A DNA stretch of 59,040 nucleotides from Candidatus Kaiserbacteria bacterium RIFCSPHIGHO2_02_FULL_49_34 (GCA_001781205.1 MFLE01000017.1:1-59040); one strand, 5' to 3'; counted from the first letter of the stretch, positions 32,940 through 42,840 are shown. Translations and numbers: made by a program. Notes: generated by a model not told the origin, from the sequence alone.

Positions 32940-35249
32940 CTATGGCTTTGGTTTATTCTTATCACGAAGTCCTGCACCAGCTTCTCTGCCTGCTGATGAA
33001 CCTATATCAACTCTGCCAAGTGTTGCACCTCTCGCTGCAGCGCGAGCAGTGTCACGGACGGTGGTTTCTGTTTCGAGCGAGCCGGCGATGCCGCCCTGCT
33101 TTCGCTTTAGATTACGAGCTGCTTTTGCAGCGTCACGGAGACGTTCGGCTACATCAGTGTTTCGCTGTGCCATTTCTGGCGCGTATGTTGCGGCAGCAGC
33201 CACATGCTCTGCTGACCCAGTTTTAATAGCGCGAGCTTCCATCTGTGGAGCAAGCATCGCACGTTGGTAATCAACGCGGTCTGATCTTAATCTGTTAAGG
33301 CTCGCAGTCAGTGCTGCGTGCTCTTGAGTACCAGGAGCAACTCCAGCAAGAGCAGTTCGTGTTGCAACAATTTGTGCATCAACGTCATCCTTTCTCTTTT
33401 TGTTCTCGGTGGACACTGTTTTCTCTGCACTAATGTTTGCTGACTCAATAACCTCTTCTTGCTCTTTGATACTCTTATCGAGTTCATCGACCTTTTTCTG
33501 CATAACCGCACGCTCTTCTGCTGACACGGTCGCCATACGAGTAACCGTAGCATCACGCTGGGCTATTAGTGTTGCGCGAGCTGTTTCAGCAGCAGGAAGT
33601 TTTGCAGCCGCTTCTGCATAGGCGATGTTTTGTCGTGCTTCCTTGGTGCCAACAAGAACATTTTCAACCTTTTCTTTGTATTCGTTTTTAACTTTCTTGT
33701 GTTCGTCCTTCTTTTCTTTATCCTTTTTGAATGCGTCGTCGACCGCTTTATTCGCTTCGTCGATTTCTTTTTGCTGGTCAGCCGTACGGGTTGCAGCAGG
33801 ATAACGGTTTTCGAGTGCTTTCTTGTATGACTGAGTATCTTTAAGTTCCTGTCGTGCCTTTACTGCTTCTTCGGCTGCCTTCTTTTCCTTTTCTTCTTGT
33901 TCTGCTTTGTTGACGCCTGCAAGAATGACAGCTTGTCTTTCTGCGGTCTCTTTTTCTTTCTTAACTTCTGCTTCACGAATGGCTTCGAAGCCTTGATTAC
34001 GAACGCCCCAGCCGCCGCCCGTCGGTACACCTGTTGCAGCAGCTGCTCGCTGATATGCTTTTGTGTTACGCGCTTCGTAACTCGCGGTGCGCATTTTTTC
34101 GGCTCCCTGGAGTGCAGATGTAGTTACAAGACGCCCAAGTCGTGAACGATTAATACTTCCGGTACGGAGCGCCTCCCCTACTTTTCCTTCTTGAAGAGCT
34201 CTCCCCGCACGCCCGAGTGTTTGACGCCCGGCAAATGCTGTCGCGCCGAGTGTTGCGGCGCCTGCGGCTTTGCGAGTCGCGCTCATCGCCATATTTGCCG
34301 CGGAGTCGGAGATCATGCTTGCGGACTTCATTGCAGCGAAGAGCATCGCGATACCGATACAGTACACGATAATGGTACCCATTGCGGAACCATTATTTTT
34401 GAGGAGTGTCTCAGAAAATTGCGGAGGATTCCCGTATGCAGCAACAATCTGTACCGTAAGGTAGATAATAAAGAGAAATACTGCAGGGAAAAATGCGCTT
34501 GAAATGAAGGTGCTAAAACCTGCCTTTGTTTTGTTTGCGATACCACTCATGAAAGGGACATTCACGAATCTAAAAATAAGCGCGAGCGGTGACATAATCA
34601 TTCCCAGCAAGAGCACGATATATCTTTTTACGAGCATGATAGACGCGGTCAAAAATGCGATTGCGGCAACAAGAAAGAAAATCATCATCATGACTCCTTT
34701 TGAGAAGGTCATTTCCGTGAGTGCGGGGGCATCTACATTAAACCAACTCTGGAGTCCAAGTGCTCCCGCAATTGCCGAAGCAACGTCTACCGTACCTGCA
34801 GTGCCAAAAAGTCCATAGACAGCAACAGCCGCAACGTTTGCAAGATCAATAATAGCTTTTGCAAAAAAGAGACTGAAGTTCACGAGAAGGGCTGCCAGAA
34901 GGAGTGGAACGAGTGCTTTTCTTGCACCACTCGTGCTTTCAATAGTAAGTACCAGACGAATACCGATAAGGAGGAAGAGGAAGATAAACACGAGATTGCA
35001 AAGGTCTCGCATGATAGTCCATACGGTATTTACCACAAAGCCGAGCTGTCCCGACATATGTCCACCAATACCAAACACCAAGAACTCTATTGCGTATTTA
35101 AATAGAAGCGCAACAAAACCGAACACATACGCACCAAATGAGGCGAGTGCATTCCCTACCGACTCTTCGAAGTCAGCAAAAGCCGGCTCGGGCAGAACCG
35201 TAAGTGTGACAAGGAGGAATGCAAGTATGTAAAGTGTTTGTTTTTGCAT
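32940..35249 (-). CDS. polytopic membrane protein with long Lys/Glu/Ala coiled-coil tail (TrbL/VirB6-like, tentative)
   Basis: Signal peptide, then about 8 TM helices over about 330 aa, then about 430 aa of charged coiled-coil-like sequence. The VirB6-like call rests on architecture and T4SS-like neighbours only. Confidence 0.45.
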   Translation of the reverse strand: MQKQTLYILAFLLVTLTVLPEPAFADFEESVGNALASFGAYVFGFVALLFKYAIEFLVFGIGGHMSGQLGFVVNTVWTIMRDLCNLVFIFLFLLIGIRLVLTIESTSGARKALVPLLLAALLVNFSLFFAKAIIDLANVAAVAVYGLFGTAGTVDVASAIAGALGLQSWFNVDAPALTEMTFSKGVMMMIFFLVAAIAFLTASIMLVKRYIVLLLGMIMSPLALIFRFVNVPFMSGIANKTKAGFSTFISSAFFPAVFLFIIYLTVQIVAAYGNPPQFSETLLKNNGSAMGTIIVYCIGIAMLFAAMKSASMISDSAANMAMSATRKAAGAATLGATAFAGRQTLGRAGRALQEGKVGEALRTGSINRSRLGRLVTTSALQGAEKMRTASYEARNTKAYQRAAAATGVPTGGGWGVRNQGFEAIREAEVKKEKETAERQAVILAGVNKAEQEEKEKKAAEEAVKARQELKDTQSYKKALENRYPAATRTADQQKEIDEANKAVDDAFKKDKEKKDEHKKVKNEYKEKVENVLVGTKEARQNIAYAEAAAKLPAAETARATLIAQRDATVTRMATVSAEERAVMQKKVDELDKSIKEQEEVIESANISAEKTVSTENKKRKDDVDAQIVATRTALAGVAPGTQEHAALTASLNRLRSDRVDYQRAMLAPQMEARAIKTGSAEHVAAAATYAPEMAQRNTDVAERLRDAAKAARNLKRKQGGIAGSLETETTVRDTARAAARGATLGRVDIGSSAGREAGAGLRDKNKPKP

Positions 35250-35258
35250 GATTGGTTT

Positions 35259-36617
35259 TTAATTGCCGCTTTGATTATCATCAAAGTCACGGCAACGAGC
35301 ATCGATGAGATTATTGTATGAATCAATGAGGTTGCTCAGTTCCATGGAATTCAGATACACATCAGGGCTCTGTGTAATGGTAGAGACCTGTTGCGTTAGG
35401 GAAATTGCTGCTGGAGTTGATGTTGCTGTTTGCGTGCTTGCACGCATGTCCTGAAGTTCACGGAGCTGCGTGGTCGCACGCGTGAGCCGTGCACTTACTT
35501 CGAGGTAGGTTGCATAGACACCCTCTTCTTCATAATCTCGAATGCGTCCTGCTTCAGTATTTGATGATGAACACTGCTGGGTGAGTTTTGAAAGGACTCC
35601 GCTAAAGCCATTTACGGCGTTCTGTTGTAACGGAATAATTTTATCGATTGAATTTCGGATTTGTGTTTGATCAATAGGGTTTAAACCTTGTGTGTAACCA
35701 ATATCTCCTGAGTCACCACCACTACCTGCGTTTGTGAGCCCTCCTTCGAGCGTTGATGAGAGAAGGTATGCAATGAATGCGCCAACAATCTCGTTCATTT
35801 CATCTGCTGTCACGAGCGAATCCGCGCCCAAGCCGAGTGATTTGTTGAGTGAGCTACTTATCGTGTCACCTGGTGTGATAATCTTACAAACTTCCTTGCC
35901 GTCAACCTCAGAACATTCGCGCTTTGAGAGAAACCCTTTTCCAAAATCAAGAAGCTTCACCTCCCGTCCATCTGCGTTCGTAATTGAAACGCCAAGTTTT
36001 GCCTTCGCATCAACATATGCGCCCTGCGGTGTATTGACGGGGTTTGATGTATACGCAAAGAGGTCTTCTGTGGTAAATGAGTTTTCTACACTCTTACCGA
36101 AATTATTTATATTTTTTGTGATATCGGTAAAACTACAGCTGTTGATACGTTCACCACGTTCACGCATATTTCTTCCATATTCTAGTGCAAGTGCACCCTT
36201 AATGTTGAGGGCAAATGGTGAACAGAGCGCATCGAGCCCTGTACCCGTAATAAAGTCTGCGGCAATCTCGTCTCCCACATTCTGCAAGTACCCCTGAAGA
36301 TTCTGCACAAACGCAGGACTTCCTTCAAATCCGTTATTAATCCAGTCGATAACACTACGCACAAGCGCTTCGCGTGCCGCTTGAATGGCCGCGTATGCGA
36401 TACTGTCGTAGACAAACTCCTTCGTAACAAGCTGATCTGATGCATATGATGAAATATATTCATAGGCAGTAGCAACATAATCCCCGATTGTTTGAATAAC
36501 CGTCCATGGATCTGCTGCAACCACCACAGGAATAGCATATGTGCGTTGTGGCACTATAAGAAAGACACTCATCATAATGAGTATACTCGCCACAAATTTT
36601 CGTCCGTGCTGTATCAT
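35259..36617 (-). CDS. hypothetical secreted protein (452 aa)
   Basis: N-terminal signal/anchor FVASILIMMSVFLIVPQRTYA. Starts 4 nt after the upstream gene ends (36622), and its own stop lies 9 nt upstream of the TrbL-like gene start (35249). Confidence 0.6.
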   Translation of the reverse strand: MIQHGRKFVASILIMMSVFLIVPQRTYAIPVVVAADPWTVIQTIGDYVATAYEYISSYASDQLVTKEFVYDSIAYAAIQAAREALVRSVIDWINNGFEGSPAFVQNLQGYLQNVGDEIAADFITGTGLDALCSPFALNIKGALALEYGRNMRERGERINSCSFTDITKNINNFGKSVENSFTTEDLFAYTSNPVNTPQGAYVDAKAKLGVSITNADGREVKLLDFGKGFLSKRECSEVDGKEVCKIITPGDTISSSLNKSLGLGADSLVTADEMNEIVGAFIAYLLSSTLEGGLTNAGSGGDSGDIGYTQGLNPIDQTQIRNSIDKIIPLQQNAVNGFSGVLSKLTQQCSSSNTEAGRIRDYEEEGVYATYLEVSARLTRATTQLRELQDMRASTQTATSTPAAISLTQQVSTITQSPDVYLNSMELSNLIDSYNNLIDARCRDFDDNQSGN

Positions 36618-36621
36618 ACTA

Positions 36622-37491
36622 TTATAGTTTCATAAAACGTGCCCCAAAACTATTTTCTGGGAAGGTAAGCTGCTCCACGTTTGCCTTGAGCTGTATAAGC
36701 GCAATAGCTGCACGTAGTGTATCAACCGCAGTTACATATGCTTGCATACCTGCCGCGGCACGAAGCGGGTCACGTTCGGCCGTCGCCATGTCGAGGATAT
36801 GTGCTCGAATACCTGCTGTTGCGTTTATAAGCGCAAGATGTGTATTTGCAAGGTCTCTCGGTACGGGAACAGTAAGAAGTTCTTTCTCAATACGTTCGTA
36901 GACGCTGGCGATATGTACGAGTGATGCAACATCATCGTCGAGCACTCCGTCACCGCTTATGAGACGCTGAAATATTACGAGTTCGTGCTCGGTTGTTTTG
37001 GTCGTCTTTCCCATTGCTGCAGCAGCTGCGGGGATGTAGGTTGCAAGCTGAGCGATAGCCTCTAGAGTGATGTCGCTTTGTGTATATTCCGTTGGTGTAA
37101 TAGAGAGCCGAAACGCATTCGCATAATCTTGTGCAAACGTCACCCGTGATCCTGATGCGTCGATTTCATTGCGATTACGGAGATACATTTCAAACATCGC
37201 TCGTGCGAAAGTGTCGGTCATGGTCATGTTCGTTGATGACGCATGCGCGAGTGTTGAGCTGGCAACATCAGGGTCGATGGTTGTGTACTTTGCAAGTGAA
37301 GAACGCCATTCGTTTGAGCTTGGTACCGTAATTACTTCTGTTGCGGTAGATGTTTGTGTGCCTTCAAGCGTGGTAAATACATTCGCAAACGAACCAGCAA
37401 TATCAAAACGCGACGCGACCGCCGTCGCCAAAATAACCATTGCAAAGCAACCCGCTGCAGCAATCTTCAATGTCTGCCCGTCCATGTCCAC
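36622..37491 (-). CDS. hypothetical membrane-anchored protein (289 aa)
   Basis: N-terminal TM AAAGCFAMVILATAVA. First gene of the three-gene minus-strand operon. Confidence 0.55.
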   Translation of the reverse strand: MDMDGQTLKIAAAGCFAMVILATAVASRFDIAGSFANVFTTLEGTQTSTATEVITVPSSNEWRSSLAKYTTIDPDVASSTLAHASSTNMTMTDTFARAMFEMYLRNRNEIDASGSRVTFAQDYANAFRLSITPTEYTQSDITLEAIAQLATYIPAAAAAMGKTTKTTEHELVIFQRLISGDGVLDDDVASLVHIASVYERIEKELLTVPVPRDLANTHLALINATAGIRAHILDMATAERDPLRAAAGMQAYVTAVDTLRAAIALIQLKANVEQLTFPENSFGARFMKL

Positions 37492-37620
37492 AGTATACTA
37501 TCGTTTGCAAAATACACGAAATATAACCAGCGTGTTGACAGGTGTGTATAAATATGTAATAGTGTAATTCTAATAGCTCCTTTTCATTTGTACCTACACC
37601 CAAACCCTGAGGATACTGAC

Positions 37621-38070
37621 ATGAACTATTTCAATCGTGTGTCTGCAGCCCTGCTCTTCCTCGTGTTTCTCATGATGCCACTGACGGGATGCTCTGCTGA
37701 TGAACCATCTAACAAGGAGATTGAACAGTCTCTTATGGAAGGGCTCCAAAAAGATTTTCCTCATTCAAAGTATGGGTGGGCAGACCTTTACTCCTTTAAA
37801 AAGACTGAGGGACACAAGGCAGGACAGGAAGGCTTCTACACCCTGTTCTATTCCTTTGAATTCGCATTCTCGCGTGATGTGGGAAAATTTATTAACGGAA
37901 GTATGGGGTTCACATCAGATCTGAACCACTGCAGACGCTACAGTAACGATTGTAAAATTATTCTCAAGGGCGCAATGATTCATGCAAAGGGCGAAACAAC
38001 ATTTCGGAAAACTGGCGAAGGCTGGATACCGTACCGTAAAACCTGGACTAACTTCACACCAACCCCCTAA
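37621..38070 (+). CDS. hypothetical lipoprotein
   Basis: GAGGA Shine-Dalgarno, signal MNYFNRVSAALLFLVFLMMPLTGC with lipobox LTGC. Confidence 0.6.
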   Translation: MNYFNRVSAALLFLVFLMMPLTGCSADEPSNKEIEQSLMEGLQKDFPHSKYGWADLYSFKKTEGHKAGQEGFYTLFYSFEFAFSRDVGKFINGSMGFTSDLNHCRRYSNDCKIILKGAMIHAKGETTFRKTGEGWIPYRKTWTNFTPTP

Positions 38071-38085
38071 AAAGTGATCTTACTT

Positions 38086-38113
38086 TCCGTAGCTTCGGCT
38101 GCGGGATTTTTTA
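38086..38113 (+). terminator. intrinsic terminator
   Basis: ccgtagc-ttcg-gctgcgg followed by a T-run. Confidence 0.6.
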
Positions 38114-38214
38114 TGCCTATTCCTTGCCATATATAGAATCCGTGGTAGAGTGCATAGAGGCGCACTTCTGACGTGCTTTTTGCGTCGCTGTATTATTTAA
38201 TTTTTAGAACATAT

Positions 38215-39729
38215 ATGACCGTCCCCCTCTTTGCGTTTGTGGTCATTGCTTTTACTCTCGGTTACCTTGCGCGATATATACAATCTCGTGTCCGCGCATC
38301 ATCACTCGAACTTACCCTTGAACGTAAAGTACTTGCTGCGCAAGAAGATGCGCAACGTATTCTTGCGAAAGCTGAAGAAAAAGCAGAAACCCTTGAACGC
38401 GAAACAAAGCAGGAGCTCTCTGAGCTCAAAAAGCGCATAGAAACACGCGAAGAACATATTCTTCGCAAAGAAGAAACACTTGATACTCGACAATTCTCTC
38501 TCGAATCAGAGACTGAAAACGTCCGTACGAGAATTGAAGAGATTAAAAACATAAAAGCAGCGCTCGATACCCGTGCTGCTTACATCGATACAAAGCTTGC
38601 TGAAGTTGCCGGACTCTCAAAAGATGAGGCATATGCTCGCATGATACGTGACCTTGAAAAGCAGAACGAAGCTGATCTCCTCGCCCGACTTCGTAAACTT
38701 GAGACAGCTTCGGGTGATGCCTACGACGAAAAAGCAAAAAGGCTTCTCACTGCAGCAGTACATCGTATTGGCAACACCCTGTCACCAGACATCATGACAT
38801 CGACCGTTGAGATTCCTTCGGAAGATATCAAAGGTAAAATCATTGGTCGTGAAGGTCGTAATATCCGTGCGTTTGAACACGCTTCTGGCGTTGATGTCCT
38901 TATCGATGAACAACCAGGAACGGTTACTCTTTCTTCATTCGACCCAGTCCGTCGCGAAATAGCCCGCGTCGCACTCGAAGCACTTATTGCCGACGGACGT
39001 ATCCAGCCTGCAAAAATCGAAGAGGTACTTGAAACCGCTCGCGCGAATGTTGCAGAAACAGTACGTGCAATGGGAGAAAAGGCAGCGTTTGAGGCAGGTG
39101 TTACCGGGCTCCACCCCGACCTCGTAAAAATTCTCGGACGTCTCCATTTCCGCACCTCGTACGGTCAAAATGTGTTATGGCACTCCGTTGAAATGGCACA
39201 CATGGCAGCAATTCTCGCCGAAGAAATCGGTGCCGATGTTGCCATCTCCCGTGCTGGCGCGCTCTTGCATGACATTGGAAAAACAGTATCCCAAGAAGTT
39301 GCTGGTACGCATGTCGAAATTGGTATTCGTATTTTGAAGAAGTATGATGTTGATGAGCGAGTGATTCTCGCAATGCGTGCACATCATGAGGAATATCCGT
39401 ATGAAACGATTGAATCAATGATTGTGCAGGTTGTCGATGCAATCTCTGGCGGTCGCCCTGGCGCTCGTCGTGACTCACTTGAGCACTACATCAAACGAAT
39501 TCGTGAAATCGAAGAAATCGCCACAGAAATCCCCGGTGTTGAAAAAGCGTTTGCTATTTCTGCAGGACGTGAAGTACGCATTATCGTAAATCCTCGCGAA
39601 GTTTCGGATTACGGTGCTGAGAAACTCGCCCGTGATGTTGCTGCGACTATCGAGGAACGTCTCCGTTATCCTGGCGAAATCAAAGTCCACGTTATTCGTG
39701 AGACGAGAGTGGTTACGTGGGCACGATAA
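38215..39729 (+). CDS. rny: ribonuclease Y
   Basis: N-terminal TM, coiled coil, KH domain (GKIIGREGRNIRAFE) and HD domain (LLHDIGK..HH). Confidence 0.9.
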   Translation: MTVPLFAFVVIAFTLGYLARYIQSRVRASSLELTLERKVLAAQEDAQRILAKAEEKAETLERETKQELSELKKRIETREEHILRKEETLDTRQFSLESETENVRTRIEEIKNIKAALDTRAAYIDTKLAEVAGLSKDEAYARMIRDLEKQNEADLLARLRKLETASGDAYDEKAKRLLTAAVHRIGNTLSPDIMTSTVEIPSEDIKGKIIGREGRNIRAFEHASGVDVLIDEQPGTVTLSSFDPVRREIARVALEALIADGRIQPAKIEEVLETARANVAETVRAMGEKAAFEAGVTGLHPDLVKILGRLHFRTSYGQNVLWHSVEMAHMAAILAEEIGADVAISRAGALLHDIGKTVSQEVAGTHVEIGIRILKKYDVDERVILAMRAHHEEYPYETIESMIVQVVDAISGGRPGARRDSLEHYIKRIREIEEIATEIPGVEKAFAISAGREVRIIVNPREVSDYGAEKLARDVAATIEERLRYPGEIKVHVIRETRVVTWAR

Positions 39730-39742
39730 TGAAAGCACCTTA

Positions 39743-39796
39743 ATGAAAGTTTAATACCCCCGTGTCCTCAAGGACACGGGGGTATTAAACTTTCAT
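39743..39796. terminator. 25-bp perfect hairpin after rny (terminator-like, no T-run)
   Basis: atgaaagtttaatacccccgtgtcc-tcaa-ggacacgggggtattaaactttcat. Confidence 0.5.
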
Positions 39797-39837
39797 AACC
39801 GCTTTAACTACCACTCCCACAAAAGCTACACCCGTAA

Positions 39838-40080
39838 CTTTTGTCATCCTGTAAGGACCCAGAGCGAGAATGCAGGCCCTCGGGCTTTTCATTTACCACC
39901 ATAAAGAAGTTCAACGTAATCGCTCCTTATAAAACAAAATAATAACTCGAGTTTTGTCAGTTCCCGCTCTGGATCCCGACAGGATGAGGAGGTGAATTGG
40001 TACGAAGTACCAAGAGAGGCTGCCCTGGGGTACAAAATGAGGGCAAAGTGCCTAAAAGTTGCACGTGGTTAAAATCGCAC
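39838..40080. mobile_element. mosaic of MITE-like element arms (copy 2, rearranged and truncated)
   Basis: A 3-prime-type arm ttttgtcatcctgtaaggacccagagcg (39838-39865) precedes a 5-prime-type arm cgctctggatcccgacaggatga (39965-39987). The element stops in the middle of its central palindrome (ggttaaaatcg|cac) at 40080. Confidence 0.55.
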
Positions 40081-40707
40081 TTACTCACTCCGCGGTGCAT
40101 TTCCTAGTTCGTTTGGATTATAGATATGATAAAAAAGTTCTACAATTTCATCTTTGCCAAGACGAGCGGATTTTATTCCCATACTACCAAGCCCTGACGA
40201 TACAGAGCTAACACGCTGATCAAGTTGCTCTTTACTCTTTAAAAATGACTGCTGTACTTCCTGTACCGTACTTTTCTGGAAGGTATTTGGAATAAATGAC
40301 TTCCCTTGTGAAATTGGTGCAGGATGGTACGGTACCACTACAAAGAAGTTTTTCTTCATGATTGCGACGTCTTCCGCAAATGTTTTAATAAACTCAGTAT
40401 ACTCGCGGAGCTGCACCCGCATGAGATCGTTATGTTGTGTACCTTCAAGTGAACGCAGGTACGTGAGATAGGGGCGCACATCATACCGGCGAGACTGTGC
40501 ATAAATCTGCACTGAGAAGTCGAGTGAATTGAGAAAACTCTGAAACTGCTGAATCACCGCTGTTTGTTCATCATGTGATTTAAGAGCAAGGTTAACGGAG
40601 GTGGTAAGCAAAATACCGCAGATCTGCCCATTTTGAAGTACCACGACATCGTCGTTTATTTCTTTAATGGGGACAAATGTTTGTGTTGCTGGTGTTCCTT
40701 GTGCCAT
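40081..40707 (-). pseudogene. VirB4-family T4SS ATPase, N-terminal domain only (208 aa; no ATPase domain)
   Basis: FVPIKEINDDVVVLQNG..VNLALKSHDEQTAVIQQFQSFLNSLDFSVQIYAQSRR..KNFFVVVPY..ELFYHIYNP matches the N-terminal third of Gram-positive/CPR-type VirB4. The stop codon directly abuts the half MITE. Confidence 0.6.
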
Positions 40708-40708
40708 A

Positions 40709-41131
40709 TTATTGTGTAGTTACCTCATCCTCGACGAGTTTGTTTTGAAGTTCTGCGAGCCCTCCTTCTTTGCGCGGCTGTATCGGCGCGATTGGTCGAC
40801 GTTCCTGCGGTGCTGACACTTCACCAACAATGGTGTATTTGCGTGACTCGTCGATATTCCAAAGATAGAAACGCGACTTCACTATATAGTTAAACGCTGC
40901 CTCAAGAAGGAGTTCAAAGGGGCGGTCGTTGATTTTTTGAAACGCGAGCATAGCAGCCAGTGCTGCTATTGGCAGGCCAATGATGACAAAAAATATAAAC
41001 GGGAGCGTCAGAAATACAATAAGCGCACCACCTGCCCCGCCGGCAAGATACACGAACTGCTTCCACGTAAAAGGCCCGATTACTTTTTGTTCAACTTCAA
41101 TAAATTGTGGTACTTCATACCGCATGCGCAC
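40709..41131 (-). CDS. PrgI-family (VirB3-like) T4SS membrane protein
   Basis: YEVPQFIEVEQKVIGPFTWKQFVYLAGGAG followed by two TMs. Its stop lies 1 nt before the virB4-fragment start. Confidence 0.75.
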   Translation of the reverse strand: MRMRYEVPQFIEVEQKVIGPFTWKQFVYLAGGAGGALIVFLTLPFIFFVIIGLPIAALAAMLAFQKINDRPFELLLEAAFNYIVKSRFYLWNIDESRKYTIVGEVSAPQERRPIAPIQPRKEGGLAELQNKLVEDEVTTQ

Positions 41132-41254
41132 AGTATACCACTAGACAAGAAAAACCCGCACTCTCATTGAGAATGCGGGGGTTTGGTTGTGCCCGAAGGC
41201 TTGGAAAGAACGGATTGGAGACGGCGAGAATCGAAAGATCCTCGCCGAACGGCC

Positions 41255-41905
41255 TTACTGCACGGAGACGGAGACGACGCCGGCGGCGTTGACTGCCGAA
41301 GCGGAGGCCATGCCACCAATTGCGGTCGCGCCGGAGACTTGCGTCAAGTTCGACGCCAGACCAGCGGTCTGCACCCCGACGAGCGAGGCACTTTCGATTG
41401 CAGTCGAAGCGACACCGGCGGCGTTGACCGCGGAAGCATCAGCGATTTGGTTGCACGAGTTGTTGCAGCCGCTCGCGACTGCCGAAGCAGATGCAACTTG
41501 CGTCACATCATCGACACCGGCCAGGGCCTGTACGACAGCGGAACCCGCATGGTCGATCGTCACCGACACGACGCCGGCGGCGTTGACCGCGGAAGCTGTT
41601 GCTTCCTTGACACCTACCGAGACCGCACTCGCGGACTGCACGACATCTTCAGCCAGGCCTGCAGCTTGCACTGCGACTGCCTCGCTGGTACTGCCGGTGG
41701 CAGCGCCCAGGTCGATCGAGCCGAAGTTGACGCTGTTATCGACGATGTTGGTGGTGTCGTTGTTGGTGGTGATGTTGTTGGTCACGGAGCTCAGATCGAC
41801 AGTGACGTTGTGGTGGTTGTTGTCGATGTTGTCAGCCGAAGCGGCGAAGGACGTCAACGACAGAACCAGGGCGGCGGCGGACATGGCGAAAAATTGCTTT
41901 TGCAT
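41255..41905 (-). CDS. secreted Ala/Ser/Val/Asn-rich repeat protein (curlin/HfaD-like role inferred)
   Basis: GGAG Shine-Dalgarno and signal MQKQFFAMSAAALVLSLTSFAASA. Three imperfect repeats carry ASAVNAAGV. Very high GC. A terminator lies at 41148-41180. Confidence 0.65.
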   Translation of the reverse strand: MQKQFFAMSAAALVLSLTSFAASADNIDNNHHNVTVDLSSVTNNITTNNDTTNIVDNSVNFGSIDLGAATGSTSEAVAVQAAGLAEDVVQSASAVSVGVKEATASAVNAAGVVSVTIDHAGSAVVQALAGVDDVTQVASASAVASGCNNSCNQIADASAVNAAGVASTAIESASLVGVQTAGLASNLTQVSGATAIGGMASASAVNAAGVVSVSVQ

Positions 41906-42018
41906 GGTTGAAGCTCCAGTTTGGTTTTGAAAGAACAGCTTTGGTGGTGCCCCACGGTTGCGGGAACTCGGGTAAGTTAGCACGAAACTTTTCAGGTGTC
42001 AAGCTCTCTTCGACTAGG

Positions 42019-42840
42019 TCAAATATTATTGAGCTTTTCGCGACATCCCGAGAGATACTCGAGAGTTCCTTTGTCATGCGCATATTTCCGCTGCGCCTCG
42101 TTGAGGACAAGCACGGTTGCTGCGTAATCGATAAGCCATCCGGTAGTGAGCTGAATCGGGGTGCGTTCGCCTTTTGCAAATTCAAAACTGAACATGCCTA
42201 AGCCGTCGCCTTTCCCGATAAAACGCCCAAAGCCAACACGGTCTTCAACGGCAAGGTATTCCTTCTGCAAGGAAAGCCCGTCAACCACACGCCCTGTTTC
42301 GCCATCGCTTCCCAGGAATTTCACCATACGGATATCGAGGCGGCCAACTGCCTTATAGGCAGTTTTATTGGCGTTCATACCGAGGATGCCAAAGCCTCCT
42401 GCGGTACCTGGCTGCAAATCAAGCCCTGTCACCGACCCCATAACGAGGTAGGTGGGGAGCTCGATCGTCATCTGCACACCTTTCCCGAGGTACCAATCCA
42501 CCGCGCCGCGGTAGTGTGGTGTTGCCTCAGTGGGGCGCACGCCGAGCCCCGACAGGGCTGTATAGAGCATGTCGGTTGCACCTTGAGTCATCAGGTTGCC
42601 CGTACCGCCTTCGGCGATGTTGATCTTGCCGGTTTTATCCGCAATATCAACGACACCAATGCGAATCGGTGACTGCCTCACGAATTCACGTGTGCATGCC
42701 ATCGCTTCTGCATAGGGCGATGCAAGCGTGGTGACGCCTGCGTGTGCTTCGATTGAACGTTGTGCTTCACCCGTCTGTCCACCCGTGCTTGCACAAGCGG
42801 TGACTGAAAGACACAGCAATGCCAGGAAAATTGCTTTCAT
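42019..42840 (-). CDS. CsgG/HfaB-family secretion lipoprotein
   Basis: AAGGAG Shine-Dalgarno and lipobox LSVTAC. Blocks align by eye with E. coli CsgG: IRIGVVDIADKTGK, TQGATDMLYTAL, YLVMGSVTGLD..GGFGILG, VGFGRFI. Confidence 0.8.
   Translation of the reverse strand: MKAIFLALLCLSVTACASTGGQTGEAQRSIEAHAGVTTLASPYAEAMACTREFVRQSPIRIGVVDIADKTGKINIAEGGTGNLMTQGATDMLYTALSGLGVRPTEATPHYRGAVDWYLGKGVQMTIELPTYLVMGSVTGLDLQPGTAGGFGILGMNANKTAYKAVGRLDIRMVKFLGSDGETGRVVDGLSLQKEYLAVEDRVGFGRFIGKGDGLGMFSFEFAKGERTPIQLTTGWLIDYAATVLVLNEAQRKYAHDKGTLEYLSGCREKLNNI

Noticed and set aside
41183-41930. Two long plus-strand ORFs (41183-41911 and 41187-41930) with TTPAALTAEA-type repeats
   Set aside because: They mirror the minus-strand repeat gene in a very GC-rich segment where all frames stay open. 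Only the minus-strand frame has a Shine-Dalgarno, a signal peptide, a downstream terminator and operon context with the CsgG-like gene.
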